Assembly: GCF_037042905.1 (NCBI RefSeq)
Contig: NC_087251.1
Span: 24,740,001-24,804,000 of the forward strand
DNA: 64,000 bases
Direction of reading: 5' to 3'
From: Lytechinus pictus
Taxonomy: Eukaryota
Position 1 is the stretch's first letter, and each line of letters starts with the position of its first letter. The position numbers and the translations under genes were made by a program. This document shows, piece after piece, positions 25,790 to 37,400 of the stretch. The notes beneath the pieces are model-generated. The model did not search any database. It was not told where the DNA came from and saw nothing but the letters and a program-made list of their open reading frames with translations.

Positions 25790-28462
25790 ATGTCTCTAAA
25801 TCAAGAATTTATCACTTTTGTATTGTTACTATTTTGTGGTGTAATTTGTGTGTGACAGATTAAGCAAAATTTTAAAGGTAAACTCAACTAGTTGTAAGAA
25901 AGTCTTGAAAATTAAAGGGAATTGCAATCATATCGTGACCTAGTTTAAAGACAAAAATCCACCCAAACAAAAATGATTGACTACAAATAGAAAGATCTAT
26001 TAAGCATTTCATTAAAAAGTGGATGGAGAAAAAGTTAATGGCATTTCAAAGTTTATTATAGCTTCACAAAGCATTTATGCAAATTGGGGAATCGATTCCC
26101 CACACACTATTTCTTTTGAAGCTTAATACATAAAATATTTAAATTTTGCTCCAATTAATGAACAACATGGTGTGCTTCCAACTTGCAATTGTGGAACTCC
26201 CATTTGTGTAACCTATTATGATTCAATCAAGAGGATCTTTATTTTCAAATGTAAATAATGAAATGTTTCATATTTCATATAATAAAATAATTACATAAGT
26301 AGTGTGCCATCATTGGTCCTCTCATTTGCATTAAAACCCAAGACGGCATATCATTTTTTTTTTAAATTAAACAAAACCTGAAAATGTCATAAATTTCTTA
26401 ATTTATATCCAATATTAATGGCATTTCCAGTGTTGTGCTGGTCTAATTATTCTCTTATAAAAACACTTTGTTTTGGGGATGGAAATGACATTTAGGCTAA
26501 GAGAAAATGCCTAGAACTGTTTCACCAGAATATTGCAAATTTTAAAATTCAATAACTTTGTTATCCAATTTTGATCAAATTTTCAGCATTTTGCTCTTTG
26601 AATTTACTCTTTTTATTGAGATATAAATATTTTCAGCCTGGAGCATCCCTTTACAACTAAGTGGGTAATGTTTCATAACTTTGAGAAGGTCATCAATGGG
26701 ACCTTGTTCCCCTCAGTCATTTGGTACTTAATTACCTATTATACATGCAAACACTCGGTCAGTTGTTAGATTCCTTTTTAAAAATTAATTTTGATTCAAT
26801 CTGTGATGATTACCAGAACTTGAAGCCTGGTTTCACTTGAACATGACTAAGTCTCACTAAATCTTTCTAGACGTTTCTGACCAAGAAAAATAAACATTTA
26901 CTTGAAATAGAGTTCCTCTTTTCATGAAACACCACAAGGGTCTTGTGCTGTTTATGGTGACACCATCATCAGTAGAACACCATAATAAAACTGTTCAAGT
27001 GGGTGTTTCATAAAGCTGTTCATGAGTTAAGAGTGACTTTAAGAACGACTGGTGAAACTTTCCTACACACAAAATAATCACCAATGAACATATAATGGTG
27101 AACATCATTTACCACAAGAAAGGATCACCAGTCATTCTTAAAGCCGCTCTTAACTTATATGAAACGAACTCCAGGGGTCAATCAAAATCAAGATTTTAAT
27201 AGTCATTACCAATGATATCATTGTTAGGTAAATTTCATCTTACAGTCCCAGAATTGTAATGTATAATAAAATACCAAGAATCACATCATGTACATATATG
27301 CCTGCAAGAGGTCTAATTATTCTCAGGCTGTAGCTCAGACATTTGTAAACACGTTTTGAAACATAAAATAGTTCAGTCTGTCACAAGACATGAACAGCCT
27401 TACAGATGTGCCAATGATGCTTATAAGTAGGCCTACTTATGAGTGATATGGCTAATAACCTTGTTCGTTCCAAAAAGAGGCATATTTATGACATAAACAA
27501 TATACTGTAGAGATGTGCATGTACAATAGACTAGTATAGTTTTGAATAAACTTATGGCAATTTTGATTTGTTCCAAAACAAACTTTCCTCTTGTATATTC
27601 ATCGACACAGCATCCAAGCAAAATTGAGCATTATTGACAAGTTTAGGAATGGTAAAATAGTAAAGTTGAATATTCATAATCAGGCAACAAATAGTTGATA
27701 TTCCACATTTTACATTCTCTGGATAAAACACAAGCCTTCAATTTCATATTTCTATGATAATTTTTTTGTTTTTTTAATGGAAAAAAATCTCTTTGAAGAG
27801 AGCAAGACATGGTTCATAAAACTGTTTTAGGATAGACACAACAATGTGAGAATTGAATCAGAAATGATGCTTCACAGGATTACTCCTAGAAGATGATGCC
27901 ATAAGCAGCTCTTACTTTAGGAATATATAAATGGCTGTATGATATAACATTGGAATATTTTGACTCCAATGAATCAACAACATTAACTGGGTAAACAATA
28001 CATCACCTCTCACAGTATTCTGACTTTTAAAAATATGTTTCAGATATATAACTCACTAAAAAGAAAATATAAAAACCCAGATATTATTCCCATTTCCAAC
28101 CAAATCAAACTCACAAGAGTCAAAGGGCAGTTTCATACCGGCAATAGAAAAGTGCCATCCACAACCAACTTCCTAATCCATTACAAATGCTTTACATATT
28201 AACCTGAGCTAAAGAAAAATGATATGTGAGTGTTCGATGACAATTATCCATTGAGGGATGTATTTTTTTAAGTTACAAATGGGGATAATCAAATATGTGT
28301 AATTCACTTTGACAATGTACATAAGTAAGACTTGGAGACAACTATGGAATGCTGAATGGAATGATGGTGCATTCCATTGCTACATTATTGAGAATGATTT
28401 TCTTAACATCAACCAAGAAATCTCAAAACTCAAAATGAATTTGATAAGAGGACAGGGAACTA

Positions 28463-31400
28463 TCAGCCTGATTTCAATTGTGATATTCTATCGAGCAGTT
28501 CTTGTAGTTTGGACTCTAATCCCTCAACAGGTTGACTTAGCTCGGCCCATGACGGTGGTGGAATCGTTTCATCATAATGCTCTTTCTGAAAATAAAACAA
28601 GAAAAGTCATACATAAAGAGGAATTTCCTAGAACAGGGATTACATCCCCCTGATGATCTTTGTCAGAAGCTTATTCAAACTCCCCTTTACTAGCCAGTGG
28701 AAGAGCCTACTTGGTTGAGTAACTCCTTAATTTGTTTATGAATAGACCAAACCTGACTGCTAGAGTAGGCAACCCCTCACTGTGTTTGATAGCTATTGTG
28801 TGTGTGCACTGCATAGGGCAATGCAAGCAAATGCTCAGCAGACTGCAGATAAGCAAGCATAGGGTGCAGCAGCACCTTTCAGCAGCTCCTTGGCTGGGAA
28901 AGCCAGCACTTTGGTGCCACGCCTTTGATATTTGGAGTGGCATGTAAGCCAGCAGTGGTTGGTTCACTGGTTGGAATTCAAGGTCCAGACTACGGCCGTT
29001 TTTCTCCATGGTTTATCCACGTCTTTTGACGTTCCGTGTCTCCATGTATCGCCAAAGTTCTCCTCGTTTAGCTACGTCCTACGTCTAGTGACGTTCACGG
29101 CCTCTTCGACGTCTTACGACGTTCTACGATTGCTACGTTATCCACGGGAAAGTCCCGAGATCTAGGTTATCCGGTTTCTTCTAGTTTGGCAAGTTCATCG
29201 CATTCGTGAGTTCATCTTCATATCGTCTTCCGTTCGGCACTGCTCATCCATTTGCGTCTGACACCGGGTGATGAGTGAAGACTTGAGAAACTGAACTTTC
29301 CCCATAATATAAAGTCGGTATATGTATAGTATATACATTGTTTTCATAAACACACACAGAGTTTATGCTCTTTCCTTTGAATAGGAATAGCAGGTCACAA
29401 TACTTAGTTTATTTACATTATACTAATTTGAATTGAGACAGATTGTTCCAAAACTTATTGATACTGGTTTATTGAACTTTATGTTTTGACAGCTTGTGAG
29501 CCTCGATAATGGCAATATTGATATATATAATAAACTCATTTTGATTGAAAGGTACAATTTTATCTTATAGTTTAATTCTTGGGTGGTCAAACAACCTGTT
29601 TAGACTAATAAGTCAAGTTCACATCAAACCCAATGTGACAATTTGGGGGCTTGTCCGAGAAGTTTAGGCCATAACATACCCTGTTGGTTGAATTAATTGG
29701 TATAGGATTTGATTGTTAGATTTGTATAATGTACTGATGAAGATAATCTAGGATTTTCTGTTTGTTTTATTGGTCAACAAACATAAGATTTAATTGGTCG
29801 ATGACATGACCCCTCGCAAAATTTGTGATATGTACTTATGAAAAATTTTCTGTTCAATTTTCAGAATTTAGCCGAAATCCTTCAAGTTCTTTGTGTCAGT
29901 GGGCCAAGGACCATCCAGTGCACCAACACTCCTGCTAGCGACGAGCATGCGCAGCAAGGTCAAGTGCGAGTAAAGGTTTATTTTGGATTGTCGGTGAGTT
30001 GCAAAATTGAATATGTATGAAAATTGTGCCACACAAGTTATCAAACACCCCTATAAGAAATAGTTGATATAGTATATAGTTACTCAATAGTTTTTTGACT
30101 TAGGTAGTGGTAGTTTAAACCTTTAAACATGAGTACTAAGTGGTTTGAGATTGGCAAGGAATTAGGTCTGTCAGGGCCTGAGCTTCTTTCATTTGTAGGA
30201 GAAAGGGAACAATTAGAGCAAGAGGAACGTAGGGCTAATAGAGAAGTTAGGAAAGAGGAAGAAAAAATTCTGGAGATGAAACTTGAATTGGCTCGTGTTC
30301 AAAGCCAGAGTAGGTCTGATAGTATGATTGATAATGGTAATGGAAACGGTCGCAGTTTGGTACCAACCCCGAAACTCCCTCATTTTGTTGAAGGAAAAGA
30401 TAATATGGACGCATATCTCAAAAGGTTTGAGAAGTATGCGAAAGTTCAGTCATGGCCAAGAAGTAGTTGGGCCATTAGTTTAAGTGCACTCTTGCAGGGT
30501 AAGGCACTCGATGTGTATTCAAGACTTCCAGCAGATAAAGCTGAAGATTATGATGCCCTCAAGGAAGCATTGTTGTTAAGGTTTGAACTTACTTGTGACG
30601 ATTTTCGTCAAAAGTTCAGGTATTCCAATCCACAGTCTGGGGAGACCCCCACTCAATTTGTTGTTAGGTTAGAACATTATTTGAGTCGTTGGATTGATCT
30701 GTCAGGTACGCAACGTACATTCGATGGTGTAGTAGAAATGTTGCTCAAGCAACAACTGGTTGAGAGAGGTGGAACCTCTCTAGGTCTTTTTCTGAAGGAA
30801 AGGAAACCTAAGAATATTTCAGAGATGACTAGTCTAGCAGACACATATGTAGAGGCCCATAGTGGTCACTTTGGAATTACCAGGAAAAATAAGAACGATA
30901 ACAAGGGAAAGCCACAAGGTAGTAGGTACCCTCAGTCAGACAGTGAAGCTAAAACAAGTTCGGGGAACTTAAGAAATTCACTTCCTGAACGGAAAAGAAT
31001 TGGTCCGTGTTTCATCTGTAACAAGATGGGGCATTTAGCAGCTAAATGTAACACTAAATTACAAGGTGCAAGTCTAATTTGTAGTACTGATCATTCAAAA
31101 AGTAGTAGCCAAAATCAGAAAAGAGAATCAACTCAGTATGAAACAAATAGTAAAGTGTCAGTTGATAGTAGGTCAGATTCTTGTGCAACTTGTTCGCTTG
31201 TTAGTCCAGATATGGAAGGAAGTGAGACACTTGGACTTTTGTTAATGTCTTTAGTTAGTGAGAAAGATAAGTCAGAGATAGTTAATAGAGATACCTTACA
31301 AAAATCACCGATGATGTGTGCTGCATGTCAGCGTCGTTGGCGTGGTAAGTTGACTGTGGTTGAAGGTAGGATTGGATCACACAAGGTTGATGTTCTTTAT

Positions 31401-34400
31401 GATTCAGGATGTTCCGGTGTTGCGGTTAAGAAAAGTCTTGTGAGGTCAGATCAATTTATTGGTAAATATAGACAATGTGTTTTGATAGATCAGACTCTGC
31501 GTAGGTTTCCTACTGCTAATGTTCATATTAGCTCACCTTTGTTTGTAGGTACAATAGAAGCACTGTGTATAGAGACACCAGTTTTTGATGTTATAATAGG
31601 GGACATTGAAGGTGTCCGTTCCGTGAGTAATCCCCATCCAGATTGGAAAATGGTAATTCAGGGTGACGATATTACTCAAGGTCATGTAAGGAATGTAGAT
31701 TCCAATGGTAACTCTAATTCTGAGGATGAGATAGTTGAAGTTCATGATGATGATATTACTCAAGGTCATGTTAGGAATGTAGATTCCAATGGTAACTCTA
31801 ATTCTGAGGATGAGATAGGTGAAGTTAATTGTGATGATGGTACTAATGTAGGCCTAGCTGTGCAGACAAGGTCTCAGAGTCGAGAAGCTCGACGCCCCCA
31901 GCGGCCCTTGAAAGTTCCATCTCAAATCCCAGATGTTTCTCCTGAAGAAATTAGAAGAGAAACTGCAAAGGATCCTAGTTTGAAGAGAGCGAGAGAAGTC
32001 GCTCAAGTTAGTTTGTCAGATGATGATAGGAAGAACACTTATTTCGTAGTAGATGATGGACTGTTGTACAGAATGTTTCAACCTAAGAATGAGAGAGGTA
32101 ATTCTGTGAAACAATTGGTAGTCCCTCAGGTCTTTAGGAAAGTTATGTTGTCACTTGCTCATGAAGGAATAATGAGTGGGCATCAAGGCATAGGCAAAAC
32201 CACTGAGAAGATTTTAACTTGTTTCTTCTGGCCCGGCATTCATGCCGATGTTACTCGTTTCTGTCGCTCTTGTGACATTTGTCAGCGGACAGTACCAAAG
32301 GGAAGAGTTCCCAAAGTGCCACTTGGCAAAATGCCCGTAATAGATATTCCATTTTTCAGAGTGGCTATTGATATAGTAGGCCCTATCCATCCAATGACTA
32401 CAAAGAAGAACAGGTATATCCTGAGCATTGTTGATTATGCGTCTCGCTATCCAGAGGCAGTCGCATTGCCAAATATCGAAACAACCACTGTAGCTGAGGC
32501 TATGGTTGAAGTGTTTTGTAGGGTAGGAGTTCCTCAGGAAATCCTTACCGATCGTGGTAGTCAGTTCACGTCTGACATGATGAAGGAGGTGAGTAGGTTG
32601 TTGTCAATAAAACAATTGACCACAACACCCTACCACCCCTCTTGTAATGGTTTGGTTGAGCGTTTCAACCAGACCCTAAAGCAAATCTTGAAAAGAGTTT
32701 GTGCGGATCGACCCAATGATTGGGACAGGTACATAGGACCAGTGTTGTTTGCATATAGATCAGCCCCTCAGGCATCCCTTAGGTATTCCCCTTTCGAATT
32801 GATCTATGGTAGGCAGGTTAGAGGTCCCCTAGAAATACTCAAGGACTTATGGAGTGATGAAACTCATGATCCCGAGTTGAAGACTACTTATCAATATGTA
32901 GTCGATCTTAAAGAGAGATTGAAGAGTACTCTAGAAGCTGCTCATGATGAGCTTCGTAAGGCAACGTCTAGAAGTGAAAGGCACTACAATGTTAGGAGTA
33001 GGCAGCGTAAATTTGACCCTGGAGATAAGGTACTTATCCTCCTCCCCACTGATCATAATAAGTTGCTCCTCCAGTGGAAAGGTCCATTTAAGGTTGTACA
33101 CAAACTTGGCGATAATGATTATCGTCTTGATGTTAATGGAAACCACAAGACATTCCATGCAAACCTTTTGAGGAGATATATTGATAGGTTTGACAAAACA
33201 AAGGCAAATTCAGATAGTAGTAGTAGTAATAATCCAGATCCCAATGTTACTGTTGCTGGGTTGTTGGATGTGATTGCCCAGGCCACGATCGTCGACCATG
33301 AAGAGAAAGACGAAGAGGACAATCCATCTCCAACATCAAACCCAATTACTATACAAGTTCAAAGATTGGAAGCGAAAGAGACTGTTGAAGATGTAAAGTT
33401 AGGACCTGACTTAGAAACTAGTCAGCAGCGTCAGTTGAAGAGGATGCTTGGTAGTTATAGAGATGTAATGACTGATTTACCTGGTGAGACTCGGTTAGGT
33501 GAACACTCGATTCGGCTAACGTCTGACGACCCCGTCCGACAGAAGCCATATCCAGTTCCTCATGCCCTCCGTGGCGTAATTGATAATGAAGTTGAGAAGA
33601 TGATTGAGATGGATGTAATAGAAAAGTCTAATTCTCCATATTCATCCCCAAATGTTATTGTCAAGAAGTCAGATGGGAGTAATCGCTTTTGCATAGACTT
33701 TAGGCGGTTGAACCGCGTGACTGTTTTTGATGCTGAGCCCCTTCCAAATACACAAGAAATATTTTCTAGTTTGTCAGGGTCCCGCTTCTTTTCGAAGCTA
33801 GACGACATCTTGATCCACACCCCTACATGGGAAGAGCATCTTGTTATTCTACAAGAATTGCTGAGAAGACTGCGAGCAGCAGGACTGACTGCTCGGCCCA
33901 GTAAATGTCAACTGGGTTGTCAACAAGTAGAGTTTAATGTAATTTAATATTTTACTAGCTAAAGTGAGCTAGTGTTTTTTTTTTAATTATCTTGATCTAA
34001 AGTTTTGTGTTAAAAAAAAAAAAGATTGTCTAATACCATGAAAAGATATTAAGTAGGTAAAGAGAGATTTTATTTGTCTTGTTAGGAATAGAAATATCCG
34101 CATAATAAATCAAGCGTAATTAACTTACTCGATAATTTCTCTTTATAAAAAAAAATGAAAACAAATTTGTTACCAATACCATTGGCATAAATTCAGTAGG
34201 TATTGAAGTGTAATGTTCAGTTATAGTAAGCAAGTATGCATAATATACATAATATATACACATACATGTCTAATAAATACAAGTTTCTTGAACACTGTGA
34301 CAAGTATTAACTATAATTACTAAGACATCTGTATACATGTTTTAAATAGGAATAGATATATATATATACACACATATGCATTGTTGATGATTTTCTTTGA

Positions 34401-37400
34401 AGAAGAAAAAAAAAAAAAACCTCGATCCCAGAAAAGGAGTCGTGTTTAATTTGATTACTGACGATATTGAAACAAAGACAGGAAGTTAATGTTATAGTTG
34501 AAATAAGCTCTTATATTTTGGTTTTTGCAAAATGTGATACATTTTTTTTCAAATAGGGGGTAATTGTCAGAAGCTTATTCAAACTCCCCTTTACTAGCCA
34601 GTGGAAGAGCCTACTTGGTTGAGTAACTCCTTAATTTGTTTATGAATAGACCAAACCTGACTGCTAGAGTAGGCAACCCCTCACTGTGTTTGATAGCTAT
34701 TGTGTGTGTGCACTGCATAGGGCAATGCAAGCAAATGCTCAGCAGACTGCAGATAAGCAAGCATAGGGTGCAGCAGCACCTTTCAGCAGCTCCTTGGCTG
34801 GGAAAGCCAGCACTTTGGTGCCACGCCTTTGATATTTGGAGTGGCATGTAAGCCAGCAGTGGTTGGTTCACTGGTTGGAATTCAAGGTCCAGACTACGGC
34901 CGTTTTTCTCCATGGTTTATCCACGTCTTTTGACGTTCCGTGTCTCCATGTATCGCCAAAGTTCTCCTCGTTTAGCTACGTCCTACGTCTAGTGACGTTC
35001 ACGGCCTCTTCGACGTCTTACGACGTTCTACGATTGCTACGTTATCCACGGGAAAGTCCCGAGATCTAGGTTATCCGGTTTCTTCTAGTTTGGCAAGTTC
35101 ATCGCATTCGCGAGTTCATCTTCATATCGTCTTCCGTTCGGCACTGCTCATCCATTTGCGTCTGACACCGGGTGATGAGTGAAGACTTGAGAAACTGAAC
35201 TTTCCCCATAATATAAAGTCGGTATATGTATAGTATATACATTGTTTTCATAAACACACACAGAGTTTATGCTCTTTCCTTTGAATAGGAATAGCAGGTC
35301 ACAATACTTAGTTTATTTACATTATACTAATTTAAATTGAGACAGATTGTTCCAAAACTTATTGATACTGGTTTATTGAACTTTATGTTTTGACAGCTTG
35401 TGAGCCTCGATAATGGCAATATTGATATATATAATAAACTCATTTTGATTGAAAGGTACAATTTTATCTTATAGTTTAATTCTTGGGTGGTCAAACAACC
35501 TGTTTAGACTAATAAGTCAAGTTCACATCAAACACAATGTGACAATCTTCCTGAAATGATTTTCCTCTGATTTCCTGTTCAAATCAAAGGTAGTAAGTCA
35601 CTTAAACTACCATGGCTTGAACATTTCAGGGAGTGAAGAATAGAGAGTAAATGGGGTATGGCATCCAAGACAGTTATGAATATAATTGCCAATAATTGTA
35701 GGCAAACCTGTATATCAGGACTACCGGAAGATATGCACTGATCGTTATTGGTAGGTGGTCTTCATGGGGCGGTTCCTTTTGGCATATGCTTCAATAAGAC
35801 ACTATGTCCATGGGAAACAGAAAACATGGCCTACAGACAGGTGCTCAATGAGGTGGATTTTAGTGTATGATTCTTTGTTTTCATTCATTCATACATATAC
35901 ATCTTTGAGATGAAAATACATTGAATTGAATAAAATGAATGGGCCTGATATACATGTGTACCCAGCAGGATTGACTGCATATACTAAGCATTAAGGTATT
36001 TAGTGTGCTACTGAATTTAACTAGATAAAAGACTCTCAATAAATACTCGAAATACTTTTCCAATTATCAGCTATTTGAAAAATTGAAAGTAATAGTTCAT
36101 CTCATCCCATCACCAATCATTGATAACAAGTTTTACGAGACAGGGCTCTGATCATACTTAGAATCATAAATTTGAAGAAAAATGAGTGTATTACGAACCT
36201 TGATCTTTGAGATGGTTGATTTGATCATAAGCTTAGCTGATGATAGTAACTGGACAGCCTGTGGATTACTTGTCTTTTGCTTGCTACAGTGCTCATAAGC
36301 TGAACAAAATAAGTAAAGAAAAAATATCATAAATTGAATAGAATCATCGGGTTAAGACCATACACCAATGCAGGGGGGGGGGAATCATTGCTGGTTTGAA
36401 AAAATATATGTACATAATGAATAAAAAGAAACATCATAAAAGGAAAGAATTTTTTTTTTTTCATGCACAACTGACTGGCAAAAAAAATGAAAAAGCTGAA
36501 TATACATGTGATATAAACACTTCAATACACTGACTAAATTTGATATGATCAGGCATCATTCATTCAAAGGGGAGATATCATCAATTATAAAAAGCTGAAT
36601 AAATTCTCAACGTACATGTATAAATGGAAAATAATTATTTGTTTGGGTAAGGATAGTGCTCACAGACAGGGAAAACTCCTTTGGGTGATTAAACTGAACA
36701 GAATGTCAATATAAAATCATAATTTATTTTTTCTTCATCAGGATCAGGTATAAAAGGAACGTTCTTCATGAATTAAACAGTGAAAATATTAAATATGATC
36801 AGAGGCTGGTTGTGGGAACAGATGCATTTAAACATGACAATGTCAATCGCAAGTCCGAAACGTGCACTCCGAATGGTTGAAATTATTCTTCACACAAGCA
36901 TATTTTTAATTGTTGAGTCATAACATTCCTCTGATTCTGTTCTTACCTTCTGCAAGTTCTCGTGTTTGACCTATGACCTCTTTGACCTTGTCAACCTCTT
37001 TGTGCCACTGTTCATCCTGTGTGATTAGTCGATGAGCCCTCTGTAAGCACTGCAGAGCCTGAAAGTTTCATCAACAAAGTTTGAAAATGTTTATTTTCCA
37101 TCACAATTCCTACAATTGTAGGAAGTCATATTGCTTGATACAAAGATTTTTTTTTCCAACTGATTCTGTCAACTGATTCCAAGTTTGCTCATTCTTTTGA
37201 CAATTGACAGGGATTGCCATGGCATTACATGCACTTGTGACTGGCTTCAATGCTCCTTTCATTTGCCTTGGATATTGACTGTGTCCTTTTTTAATTTTCC
37301 ATTAAAAAAGCTGCAATATGAAAATGTGTCCTTTAGAAAGTAGCCTTGCCCTAAAAATATTCAAATATAAGGCCTGACTTGAGATTCACAATGAAATCAC

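Larger units (their letters stand above)
28661..35544 (+). mobile_element. Gmr1-like Ty3/Gypsy LTR retrotransposon, RT-defective, in the last TTC27 intron and antisense to TTC27
   Basis: Two 980-bp TG...CA LTRs, 5-bp target duplication ATCTT (28656-28660 and 35545-35549), a PBS, a PPT, and a gag-PR-IN-partial RT ORF. Confidence 0.96.

Noticed and set aside
28707..29165. Short ORFs duplicated at 34611-35069
   Set aside because: They lie inside the LTRs, so the duplication reflects LTR identity; no recognisable protein.
30129..33947. Ty1/Copia assignment from the IN-before-RT order
   Set aside because: RT ([10 protein letters not shown]) and IN (GPY/F module) motifs are Gypsy-type; the order is explained by the Gmr1 clade.
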